Virus record (IMG/VR): IMGVR_UViG_3300031912_000021
Location: 1-47,975 of that record
Source of the DNA: a virus
Lineage: Duplodnaviria > Caudoviricetes
Strand: one strand, 5' to 3'
Length of the DNA: 47,975 nt
The position numbers were made by a program, and so were the translations under genes. Within the stretch, counting starts at the first letter, position 1. Each line of letters starts with the position of its first letter. Below, in pieces: positions 8,959 through 17,555 of the stretch. The notes under the pieces were generated by a model. The model was given only the letters and a program-made list of their open reading frames with translations, had not been told where the DNA came from and made no database searches.

Positions 8959-9551
8959 TGTTTGTGCGCCGTTTCTTTCTCGTGCTCTTTCTTGTCGTGC
9001 TCTTTCTTATCGTGCAACCAACCCAGACCATGCTTCTCAGGCTCAGGCTCGGGTTTAGGCTCAGGTAACGGCAACTGCTCCTCAACTTGCGCGCGCAATT
9101 CGTCCATCGCTGTTGGATAAGGATTGCTGGCATATGTCCAATACAGGTGCCCGAATACCGGTGAATCCTTCCGCACTTTTAGAACGGGAGATCCCTGACC
9201 AGCCACGTACATGTCGTTCTTCACCGCATTGGGAACTGTTTGCCGGTCGATAATCTCCGCGACATTCTCCTGCATAAATATTGACCCGGGCGCGCTCAAT
9301 CCCGCGGCTGGTGATCCATAACAGTCGTATCGGTAACAAGCCACGGTTGGTGCAGTTGGGTTTGCATACACGAAACCATAGCCCGGATCATAGATATACA
9401 TATTGGTATTGGTCCCCGGGCTTGGAGTCGTCGCGGCCTGGATGGTCGTGAGCATCGTTGTGCAATTGGCCGATGTGTTGAAGAGATACCACAGACTCGG
9501 GGGGACTTGCTGATTCTGTCCCACCGTAACTCCCGTTGGATAAGTAGTCAT
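8955..9551 (-). CDS. Hypothetical protein with PE-rich linker and His/Lys/Glu repeat tail
   Basis: 198 aa ending PEPKPEPEPEKHGLGWLHDKKEHDKKEHEKETAHKH. Confidence 0.7.
   Translation of the reverse strand: MTTYPTGVTVGQNQQVPPSLWYLFNTSANCTTMLTTIQAATTPSPGTNTNMYIYDPGYGFVYANPTAPTVACYRYDCYGSPAAGLSAPGSIFMQENVAEIIDRQTVPNAVKNDMYVAGQGSPVLKVRKDSPVFGHLYWTYASNPYPTAMDELRAQVEEQLPLPEPKPEPEPEKHGLGWLHDKKEHDKKEHEKETAHKH
8973..9016. repeat. ~15-bp tandem repeat encoding HDKKE/HEKE
   Basis: ttctttctcgtgc tctttcttgtcgtgc tctttcttatcgtgc. Confidence 0.7.
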
Positions 9552-9566
9552 AGCTTCCTTTCTCCC

Positions 9567-9881
9567 TTAAATATTGTCTAAAACGACTTCCACAATCGCG
9601 CCCACCGCGGATTTCATGAAGATTTCCTTGAGCGCGATTGAGTTTCTCGATGAATCAATAACGAATGTCGGATCACCCTTGGCAACCGCCAGAAATCCGT
9701 CAGTTGCATTATTAACTCCTCCCACGTTAACCGTGACCGCTCCCGAGTTAGCATCTGATGCCCTAATAGCTAAGAAGTTAACGTTAGTTGGCTGAATCGC
9801 GCCCGCCGGTAATGCTGGCAGTAAACTCGACAGTGAATGTACAGCAGTATCGGCAAATGTTATTGCTACGATTCTCAACAT
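9567..9881 (-). CDS. Small beta-rich putative virion protein
   Basis: 104 aa directly after the portal; IRASDANSGAVTVNVGG. Confidence 0.55.
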   Translation of the reverse strand: MLRIVAITFADTAVHSLSSLLPALPAGAIQPTNVNFLAIRASDANSGAVTVNVGGVNNATDGFLAVAKGDPTFVIDSSRNSIALKEIFMKSAVGAIVEVVLDNI

Positions 9882-9882
9882 T

Positions 9883-12255
9883 TTATTTTCCGTTCCTTGG
9901 GACCGCGACTTGTGGCGGGTTGATCAGCCGTTCAGCAAGCCCGCGCTTAACTTCTTCCTGAGTCTTGATTTGCTCTTTCGACTTGTCCGCCGCCATCTTG
10001 CCCTGTGCCCGAGCCGACTCCCGCGCCATTTCTCGTTGAGTGTACATGGCTTGCATTTGCTGCATCTGCGCCTGAGTAGCAGCCTGCTGAATTTGCGTGA
10101 TTATTTGCTGATGCGCGCTCAAGTGCTGAGTTAACGCCTGATACCCTTGAGGGTTGGTCCTCTGGAGATCGATTCCCTTGGAGCTGACGAGAAACTCCTT
10201 GAGGGTCTGCATATGAACCTGATGATCATCCACGAGCGCCTCAGGCTGAATCTGTTGCCCGTTCAAGATCTCGTCGATCTCGACATTCTGCTTGATTCGC
10301 TGATCCTCGGTCGGGATAGTCAGATCCAAGAATCCCGTCAGGTCCGCTACCATCCTCTGATTCGCGGGGTCCATTAATATCCCCGTGATCACCTGACTGT
10401 TGAGTTCCAGAAACTTGAAGAACATCGCCTGTTTCTGTGGTAGACTCATCGGGAACTGCTCGCTGGGTTCCGGTTCGACCTCCCCAACGTGCCCCGTCAT
10501 CTCGGCTTTCCTGATCCATACATTTACGTAATTGTTCTTGTTTTCCGGGTCGGGAGTTGAAAACCGCTCATCGTCGATCATGTTCTCGACGTACAGATGA
10601 ACGCATTTCTCCATTAGCTTTGCCCAGAAGATCTGAAATAGATTCCAAACGATCTGCAACCGTTGCAGCGCATACTGCCGAGATTGCTGATATTCTCCCA
10701 ATGTCCGAGATGAGCCTTCACTCGGCCCGCCGTAGATCGCTGGATAACTACCAACAGAAAACTGCGAGTCCTGATCCAATCTATTGAAGAAATCCCCGAC
10801 CTCTTTGCTCAACGTGGCGCGCCCGCCCTCGAAGAAGGCATCTTTTAGGCTCTGCCCGGATTTCGGATGAACGGGATAAGCCATTCCCGGGCGCGCCTCG
10901 TGCTTAGAATAAACATCGAAGTTCAGGACTGATGAGTCAGCGAACATGCTTCCGATTCCCTGCTCGATTGTTTCAGCGGTAATATTGACCAATACATTTC
11001 GTAGTTCTTGTATCGAAATGAGGGGCTGCCCAATTGCGTCGCTATGAATATACGTGCTAAGACCACTCTTGGCGAGTGTCCAGTACTTATCCATGTCTTC
11101 GTCGCGGCTTTCAGCATACGTATTCCCAACGAAAGCAACATAAACCCCACTTGGAAATAGTTTATATAACCGCTTCTTCTCTTTTTCCTTTTCCTTAGGG
11201 AGTCCCTCAAATGCCCAAGTCCGCATCCATACCTGTTTGTGAGTGGCAAGATCTCGATTATCATCCGACCTGGAGAAAGCGGTGTAGCTTGAGGGAGTTC
11301 TAGCCATTCGTTCATATGCCTGAGCGTCTCCTTCATCATTCTCGATCTTATCCTCGATATGCTCGTAGATTGATCTCAGGAATGGCTTTGGCTGATCGAG
11401 GGCCTTTATCAAATAGCTACAATCTCCCTGCTTGCGCGCCCAATACGGAACCTTGACATGCAAGCCACCGAAAGTGTCTATCATGACCCGAGTCTTCGGG
11501 CTCTCTTGAAAGCCATCCAGAACCGTCGCGATCTCCATGGGCGCGCCGCAGTTTTTACAGTTGTGCAGACCTTCGAGCAAGTCTTCCTCATCATCCACGG
11601 GAGCTGATTCTCCGCAGGACGGGCAGCTCAAGACCTTTTTATAAGTCTCAATGTTGACCATCCCAAAAGCTTTGTCAGCCTTCGGCGCGTGGTACCAAGC
11701 TAGCAAGCCCTGATTCCACAAAACAAACAGGCTGGCGAACTGAAGAAGCTTGACCTGATTATGCCGACAAATGAGATCGACTATCTTCCCATAAGTCCTG
11801 GAGGTCTGAACGTCGTCGGCGTCTTCTGCGTTGTCTGGGGGGAATCGGACTGCTGGTACTTGGGCACTGAGGGCCGCGATGATTGCTTCTCCGTGAGCTT
11901 TGAATATGTTGACGACGAAATCGTAGAACGGCCCCTCGCTGCCCTCTCGTCCCTCTGTCTCAGCGAACCACCTGAGGCCGCTAGTGCCGATTGGCGCCAT
12001 CCAATCCTGTTTGGTTTCGGACCAAAAGATAAACTGAATTCCGTGCCAAAACTCTTCATTCTTCTTCCAGAGCTTAATTTGTTGCTTTCGGACCCAACTA
12101 TCTTCTTTTTCATATTTCTCCACAAGGAATTTTAAGCAATCCTTCAGCTCTTGCGGTAAATTGTGATTATTAGGGTCTTTATCTTTCTTCGCACGGTCGA
12201 TTATAGACGCGTCCGGTGGAAGATTAGTACCCAGATCGCTAGGAGCAGGGGTCAT
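9883..12255 (-). CDS. Portal protein
   Basis: 790 aa downstream of the terminase. Portal-like N-terminus (KNEEFWHGIQF, VVNIFKAHGEAIIAALSAQVP) and a Gln-rich C-terminal coil as in P22-like portals. Contains a CxxC...CxxC insertion. Confidence 0.8.
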   Translation of the reverse strand: MTPAPSDLGTNLPPDASIIDRAKKDKDPNNHNLPQELKDCLKFLVEKYEKEDSWVRKQQIKLWKKNEEFWHGIQFIFWSETKQDWMAPIGTSGLRWFAETEGREGSEGPFYDFVVNIFKAHGEAIIAALSAQVPAVRFPPDNAEDADDVQTSRTYGKIVDLICRHNQVKLLQFASLFVLWNQGLLAWYHAPKADKAFGMVNIETYKKVLSCPSCGESAPVDDEEDLLEGLHNCKNCGAPMEIATVLDGFQESPKTRVMIDTFGGLHVKVPYWARKQGDCSYLIKALDQPKPFLRSIYEHIEDKIENDEGDAQAYERMARTPSSYTAFSRSDDNRDLATHKQVWMRTWAFEGLPKEKEKEKKRLYKLFPSGVYVAFVGNTYAESRDEDMDKYWTLAKSGLSTYIHSDAIGQPLISIQELRNVLVNITAETIEQGIGSMFADSSVLNFDVYSKHEARPGMAYPVHPKSGQSLKDAFFEGGRATLSKEVGDFFNRLDQDSQFSVGSYPAIYGGPSEGSSRTLGEYQQSRQYALQRLQIVWNLFQIFWAKLMEKCVHLYVENMIDDERFSTPDPENKNNYVNVWIRKAEMTGHVGEVEPEPSEQFPMSLPQKQAMFFKFLELNSQVITGILMDPANQRMVADLTGFLDLTIPTEDQRIKQNVEIDEILNGQQIQPEALVDDHQVHMQTLKEFLVSSKGIDLQRTNPQGYQALTQHLSAHQQIITQIQQAATQAQMQQMQAMYTQREMARESARAQGKMAADKSKEQIKTQEEVKRGLAERLINPPQVAVPRNGK

Positions 12256-12257
12256 AT

Positions 12258-12710
12258 CTAAGCACTGTTCCTACAGGTTCTACACTCCCTCATGACACCG
12301 CTATTGCCATGACGGTATATAGTATTTCCTTCGTCGAAAAGATGACCATGTTTACAGAACTCCTTAACAGAGTTCAATGCAGCAACATTATCCTCTCCAT
12401 ACTTCAAGGAATCCATAATATTGTCACGTGGTGTTCCTATTTCCAAGTGGTCGGGATTCACACACGCTCGTGACTTGCAAATATCCATCTTATGACGTGA
12501 GACTACAGACTCATCATCTAATTCACCCAACTTACCAAAAGCCCACAAGGAAAGTCGAGGAACCCGATACTGCCTATAGTCTATCTTGAGTATTCCATAA
12601 CCTGAAGAATGTTTAGATCGAGTCCACAACCAACATCCATTCTCATCTACATGGGAGTATAGCTTGACCACTCCCTGGAGATACTCTCTATCTAGCCTGT
12701 GCCTACGCAT
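12258..12710 (-). CDS. HNH homing endonuclease
   Basis: GCWLW, GYG, RHKMDICKSRACVNPDHLEIGTPRDN, plus C-terminal CKHGH...RECRTC. Confidence 0.85.
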   Translation of the reverse strand: MRRHRLDREYLQGVVKLYSHVDENGCWLWTRSKHSSGYGILKIDYRQYRVPRLSLWAFGKLGELDDESVVSRHKMDICKSRACVNPDHLEIGTPRDNIMDSLKYGEDNVAALNSVKEFCKHGHLFDEGNTIYRHGNSGVMRECRTCRNSA

Positions 12711-12862
12711 CAGTAGTTTTTCCTCTGGCGCCCGAGGCCCATCATCTCAAGCCCGCGCTGGAACTTGTTAGTCTCTCCAGTCCTCAAATGCGGGCCGCTT
12801 GGAAGATGGGGCTTTTTTATCTTCAGCTTTGGCCCGACCTTTGGGATTCTTAGTTTCTTCAC
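12710..12862 (-). CDS. Small basic protein (50 aa)
   Basis: Not in the ORF track: [54 protein letters not shown] overlap upstream and TGATG overlap with the HNH start. Confidence 0.6.
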   Translation of the reverse strand: MKKLRIPKVGPKLKIKKPHLPSGPHLRTGETNKFQRGLEMMGLGRQRKNY

Positions 12863-13035
12863 TTTTGACCTTCTTTTCCTTTTTTGTTTTTCTCATGTCC
12901 CATTCCCCCAATCTTAGATTTCCGCGCCGTGCTCATTGCAGCAGCTACAGCTTGACGTTGAGGATGACCAGATGCCATCATCTCCCGAATGTTCTCGCTG
13001 ATAACTTTCTTTCCTCCGCCCTTCTTGAGAGGCAT
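12859..13035 (-). CDS. Small basic phage protein (MPLKKG...ISENIREM...QAVA type)
   Basis: Likely start at ATG 13035, just after the upstream stop. This motif type is common next to phage terminase/portal genes. Confidence 0.7.
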   Translation of the reverse strand: MPLKKGGGKKVISENIREMMASGHPQRQAVAAAMSTARKSKIGGMGHEKNKKGKEGQK

Positions 13036-13039
13036 TGTT

Positions 13040-13336
13040 TTAACCCGCTCTTTCTGCAAGCCGTCGAGCTTCATTTTCCAATTCCTGTCTCATATCAGCC
13101 AATTCTAGTTCCTGCTTCCGCCGCATCCAGCTCTTGCTAGTCTTAGGGACGGGCGTTGGATCGACCATTCCCGCGGTTTGCTCATCGATCAACGGTCGCT
13201 GAGCAATCTGCTCTCTGAGTAGAGAAATTTCCGCGATTAGTTTACCAACCGCTGCGGTGTTTGCAATTTCCGCGGTCAGGAGGGGCTGAAGCTCTCGTTG
13301 GATGAGTCTCGATAAGAATTCCCGAATTTTTCTCAC
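13040..13336 (-). CDS. Hypothetical coiled-coil protein
   Basis: 98 aa; GTGA overlap with the terL stop. Confidence 0.65.
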   Translation of the reverse strand: MRKIREFLSRLIQRELQPLLTAEIANTAAVGKLIAEISLLREQIAQRPLIDEQTAGMVDPTPVPKTSKSWMRRKQELELADMRQELENEARRLAERAG

Positions 13337-14964
13337 CTAAATCTCCTAAGTCTGGACTTGGGGACGGGCATAGGCTCGTAATTGAAACTTACGTTCTCCA
13401 AATGCTCCATTCTCCGGTAGTAGGATGTCCAGTCCCCACTCTTCTGGAAATCTCGGATAACAAGATCCTGCGCGCTTCTTTGGGCCGCTTCCGATCCAAT
13501 CATGCCTAGGTAATTGTTCGCTGAACAAACGAGATAGCGGAGCGCGTCGTATGGATCATCTCCATGGAATTCCTTCACGTCTTCCGCGGGTTTCTGACTG
13601 ATTTGGGACTTTTTGTCGTAAATACAGAGCGGGATCGTCGTCCTGAGGACTACACAGTTCTTGAATATCTGGAGTTTGGGGATTATCTCTTTTTTCTTCT
13701 CTTTGTAGGAGTTTAGATAGCCCTGATAAGCATCCGGGCCTCTTTTTATCAAAATATCCTTCGCTACGTCGATGTCGAATGGCTCGGGCGCGTCTTTCAC
13801 TCTGTTATCCCACCTCAGGTACTCCTGAATCATCAGTTTCCCGATTATTCGGTCGTTTTCCGCCTGTCTCGCGGCCAAGCCTGAATATTGGCTGAATTGA
13901 TCTACCTGAGTGTGCCCTTCTCCCCGGTTGGCCCATGCTGAACGACACATCACAACATCGGTTAACTTTTCATTCCGTGAAAGATTCCCGATCTCGGTTG
14001 CCCACTCTATGGTCTTTGCTTCCTTGATGCAATACTCCCGATAAACATAAAGTCGGTCATCGGGACTCAGAGCGGCCCAGAGCGCGCAGGTCATGGCCGT
14101 GTAGCCCCAGTCGATCGCTAGGAACCGTGGCCACCATTCAGGTATTGGAAACGGCGCGATAACGTGCAGCGCGTTCTCCGGTTCCCCGGGGAAATTCTCC
14201 TCTCGGTAATCGTTGAATACCTGACCCTCGAATGTCGACCAATCTCCCTCTAGTTTCGCGCGCCGCTCAGCCTCGGGGAGTGAGCCAAGACGATTCACAT
14301 ACTGTGGATCGTTCTGCATTAAATAGGGATTGTCTTGAGCGAAGCTCTGAATAAAAATACGCCTGAGTGAGGTCTTCCGGTCGACGAGAATGGTCCCGTA
14401 AGGAGCGGGCTCCACAAACATCTTTCTCACCCAGGCGTGACCAGAGTTTCCAGGGTTGGTCGCTGAACGAACTATGGCAGGGAGATTACTTGATGATGAA
14501 CGACATCTTGTCCGGCTGATATAAATGTATTGAAATTCTGTGAAACTAGTTAGCTCATCGAACGCGGCGTAGTTGTACTCGGCGGTATCGTACTTTCTTA
14601 CGTCCTGCTCGTATTCAATATGACCGAATTGCATGACCGCGCCGCTCGGGAAATGCCAACGCTTCTTATCGTTGTTATAGCTCGCGCCCGTTAGACTGTA
14701 CCAGTCCCGGCTACGCAATATTATTTCTGATTCCAGCTCGGGATACGTTCGGCGGAAGATGATTCCCTTGAAACGCGGCTCTTTGTAGAATCCCCGAATG
14801 ATCGGGAGCATTATCAGCAGTTCCGATTTCCCGCCCCCGGCCGCTCCACCGTACAGAGCCTCAAAGATAGAGTCGGGAAGACTGGCGAACATCTCCTGAC
14901 GTTTGTGCGGCTTCCAGACTCGATCTAGCTGGACGTTCGTGTTGTCGTAATCGACCGCTCTCAT
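13333..14964 (-). CDS. terL: Terminase large subunit
   Basis: Walker A GGAAGGGKS, Walker B AFDELT, coupling motif ATNPG, nuclease motifs AIDWGY and DDPYDALRY. Confidence 0.95.
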   Translation of the reverse strand: MRAVDYDNTNVQLDRVWKPHKRQEMFASLPDSIFEALYGGAAGGGKSELLIMLPIIRGFYKEPRFKGIIFRRTYPELESEIILRSRDWYSLTGASYNNDKKRWHFPSGAVMQFGHIEYEQDVRKYDTAEYNYAAFDELTSFTEFQYIYISRTRCRSSSSNLPAIVRSATNPGNSGHAWVRKMFVEPAPYGTILVDRKTSLRRIFIQSFAQDNPYLMQNDPQYVNRLGSLPEAERRAKLEGDWSTFEGQVFNDYREENFPGEPENALHVIAPFPIPEWWPRFLAIDWGYTAMTCALWAALSPDDRLYVYREYCIKEAKTIEWATEIGNLSRNEKLTDVVMCRSAWANRGEGHTQVDQFSQYSGLAARQAENDRIIGKLMIQEYLRWDNRVKDAPEPFDIDVAKDILIKRGPDAYQGYLNSYKEKKKEIIPKLQIFKNCVVLRTTIPLCIYDKKSQISQKPAEDVKEFHGDDPYDALRYLVCSANNYLGMIGSEAAQRSAQDLVIRDFQKSGDWTSYYRRMEHLENVSFNYEPMPVPKSRLRRFR

Positions 14965-15003
14965 TGATCGTTCGGGGCCCTAGATTTTCGGGGCCCATCC
15001 TGT

Positions 15004-15519
15004 CTACCCGATCTCAACGATCTTGAATCCCGATTCTTTCCTTAGCTCGGGCGCGTAGAGGACAAGATTGATTCGGCTATTCCTGTCCTCCTTGGGCATC
15101 GATCTTTCTACCACGGTCGCCATATTTCTAGCTACCGTTGATAGTGCAGTTGCATTCAAGTCTTGCAGTTTGTCTTCCGTGATAAGCCCTAGGCTCAACA
15201 TCAGTTTTTGCAGAGCCTTATCGCGCGCGGCGTCGAGGGCGTCCTGCACTCGGGCTTCGCTAATCTGGCCCCCAACGCCGCGCTCGATCTGAGAGACATT
15301 CTGTTGAGTCGTTTTGAACTCCTCAGCGAGAGATGTCTGAGTTTCCCCGAGTCTTGAGCGGATCGCGATTTCGGATCTCTGTTCTGTCGTCAATCCGAAA
15401 CTTCCCTCGGCTCTTCCTGGTCGTTGAATAGGAACGTGAGTGATTTTATTGCCGAAACGATTAGCGAGATTCTTCGGGTTCTCTAATCGCTTGATCGCTT
15501 GTTCCTGTGTGATGTTCAT
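15004..15519 (-). CDS. terS: Terminase small subunit candidate (HTH)
   Basis: HTH TQTSLAEEFKTTQQNVSQIERG followed by a helical oligomerisation region. Immediately upstream of terL. Confidence 0.65.
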   Translation of the reverse strand: MNITQEQAIKRLENPKNLANRFGNKITHVPIQRPGRAEGSFGLTTEQRSEIAIRSRLGETQTSLAEEFKTTQQNVSQIERGVGGQISEARVQDALDAARDKALQKLMLSLGLITEDKLQDLNATALSTVARNMATVVERSMPKEDRNSRINLVLYAPELRKESGFKIVEIG

Positions 15520-15971
15520 CTCAAGCTCACATTCTTCTTCAGTAATTCCACCGTGTTATCGAATGCTCTTTTGAGCAAATCAGGGTCGAGTTCCAATTGA
15601 TAAACTGTCCCACTGCGGGCCATTCCTGCCATGACGCAATCAACTATGTAATCCAGCACGTCGATCAAATTAACGTCTGGACGAATCCCGTCTTCATAGT
15701 TGATGTGATGTCGATTGAGTTGTCGATGTTTATCCCACCATTCGGTTCTCTCAAACCCGGTCAGGAAATCCCTGTGAAATCCCTCGATATCAGAAAGCTT
15801 GTCGAAATCATGGTTCTCGGCCGCTTTGCGGATTAGTGACTCAAAATATCTAAGACCTTCCTGAACGTCGTGGATGTGCTGCTTGGAACTATTCAGTAGG
15901 GTATCCAGGCTCACGTTCTTGAAATCACAAGTTCTGGTATCGGCCGTAGGGCTACTTTGGACGGTAATCAT
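15516..15971 (-). CDS. HD-like metal-dependent hydrolase (DUF5662-like)
   Basis: QHIHDV...NHDFDKL...KHRQLNRHH...DVLDYIVDC pattern. First gene after the late promoter. Confidence 0.6.
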   Translation of the reverse strand: MITVQSSPTADTRTCDFKNVSLDTLLNSSKQHIHDVQEGLRYFESLIRKAAENHDFDKLSDIEGFHRDFLTGFERTEWWDKHRQLNRHHINYEDGIRPDVNLIDVLDYIVDCVMAGMARSGTVYQLELDPDLLKRAFDNTVELLKKNVSLR

Positions 15972-16050
15972 TCTCTGTCTCTGATAGGATTTCTAGATTC
16001 TGACGGATTCTTAAGTTTTTAAAATTTTTTACAAAAATCCATTAAGCCAC

Positions 16051-16079
16051 ATTTTAGCGCGAATGAAAGGCGAAGTCAA
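16051..16079 (-). promoter_or_regulatory. Sigma70-type promoter for the packaging/structural arm
   Basis: Minus strand TTGACT-N17-TAAAAT, ~80 bp upstream of the 15971 ATG. Confidence 0.8.
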
Positions 16080-16706
16080 GCGGTTTATCTCCTTTGTTTT
16101 CAGTAGTTTAGGGGTTTCGCCTTTTCTTCATAAAAAAATTTTTATTTTTTTTTTTGAAAATTCCCGGTGGGGAAGTTTCATTTTATAGGATTCCAGATTC
16201 TGATATTTTCCGAGTTCTGAGGGATTCGCGATTCCGATAGCGGATTCCGGCGATTCTGGCCTTTCACGGCCTTCAGGCGTTTTTCGTTTCCCGCAAGCCT
16301 TTTAAAACGCCAAACGCCGCGCTTTCTGCGGCCTACAGCGATTCGGCAGGCCTTTCCGGAACAAGAAGTGCATCCTTATTAATACGGCGCGTTCCGGCGC
16401 GCGTTTTTGCCCTGAAAGCTTTGCCGCGCATGCTTTTTCATTATACATGAGTAGATTCTGTTTTGTTTGTGGGAAGTGAGTGGATGTTTATTTAAACTGT
16501 CTTTCGGGATTGATTTTCCCGACTGTCTTTCGCTTTTGATAACCCGCGCGGAGCGCGGGCGGGGGAGCCTTTCGGGGGGCTGGCAGGGGGGCGCGTTATC
16601 AGAATCGCGAGAAGCATGCTTTCGCGGCGCTGATAAACGCGCGAAACGCGCACGAATCAGCCTCGAATCAGGTGAATCGTGCGCCAGAGTGCTCGGATAT
16701 CGCGTT

Positions 16707-16742
16707 TACGGGGGCCAAGCAAATCTCAGCCCCCCGTTTTTT
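16707..16742 (+). terminator. GC-rich hairpin with T-tract (possibly bidirectional terminator)
   Basis: ACGGGGGC...GCCCCCCGT followed by TTTTT. Also lies just downstream of the minus-strand ORF 16750..16905. Confidence 0.55.
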
Positions 16743-16749
16743 CACTCAA

Positions 16750-16905
16750 TCACTCCAATCTGCTAATCAGCCAATGAATCACAAACTCCGCAGCCGATAT
16801 CAGAATCGTGGCGTCGAAGTGCGCCGCGATTGCAAGTGCGGCCAAGATCGGGGCGACGGCGCTGGTCAAGATCATCGTGATTCCAATGAGTGTGAGTTTA
16901 GCCAT
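16750..16905 (-). CDS. Small hydrophobic membrane protein (51 aa)
   Basis: Not in the ORF track: MAKLTLIGITMILTSAVAPILAALAIAAHFDATILISAAEFVIHWLISRLE. GGAG RBS; overlaps the end of 16898..17152. Confidence 0.6.
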   Translation of the reverse strand: MAKLTLIGITMILTSAVAPILAALAIAAHFDATILISAAEFVIHWLISRLE

Positions 16906-17152
16906 TTGTCGCTCCGGCGTAGACGTTCTGAAGATTGCTCAATGCAGCGGCGCTTTTCTCGTCAAGAGCGCCTGGGCCAACGGGAATTCCAGAGAGCGTG
17001 TGAACGGTGAACTCGATCCGTGGAACGAATCGCTCATCAATCCGACTTTCAATCTCAAACAAATGCTCGCTGCTCTGGAACAAAACGCAGGCCGGTCCAG
17101 AAGCGAACTCCAGCGCGTTAATCGCGGCGATTAAATCAGAATAGGGTTTCAT
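16898..17152 (-). CDS. Hypothetical protein (84 aa)
   Basis: ATG with purine-rich leader (AGAAAAGAGAAACCCA-ATG); coupled to the downstream small ORF. Confidence 0.55.
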   Translation of the reverse strand: MKPYSDLIAAINALEFASGPACVLFQSSEHLFEIESRIDERFVPRIEFTVHTLSGIPVGPGALDEKSAAALSNLQNVYAGATNG

Positions 17153-17348
17153 TGGGTTTCTCTTTTCTGCTGAATCGTATCAGCAATTCGATCATCACAT
17201 GAACCGAGTGTTTTGTGAATCCGCAAAATTACGGATTTTGAAGGACTCGTGACAAATCAAGAACACGGGGGCAGGTGAAATTTCAGGCCCTCAGCGATTT
17301 ATCAGATTCACGGCAAACTCAAACTCGCTCAACTCACGAAAAAAAAAT

Positions 17349-17555
17349 ATGCAACGAAAAAAATATCAGCCGCATCAAAAGACTGTGCGACAATTCAGAA
17401 CGTTAAACTTCGCAGTCGAACATCCAGACTTAGAGATTGCTGAACGGACGAGACGACTGCAGAAACTCGAAGATTCTCTAAGGGCTCAGGCTCTGAAGTT
17501 CTTCGGGAAACCAAAGCTTATTATTGAAGATTCAAAGGAGAACAAACATGCTTGA
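17349..17555 (+). CDS. Hypothetical early protein
   Basis: 68 aa; overlaps the next gene. Confidence 0.55.
   Translation: MQRKKYQPHQKTVRQFRTLNFAVEHPDLEIAERTRRLQKLEDSLRAQALKFFGKPKLIIEDSKENKHA

Noticed and set aside
16543-16559. N4-type virion RNA polymerase promoter
   Set aside because: No RNA polymerase gene is present and none of the ejection proteins is large enough.
16467-17134. Plus-strand ORFs 16467..16766, 16672..17010 and 16808..17134
   Set aside because: No RBS, they run through repeat and hairpin DNA, and better-supported coupled ORFs lie on the minus strand.
17267-17290. FMN riboswitch-like start (GGGGCAGGTGAAATT)
   Set aside because: The downstream conserved FMN elements are absent.
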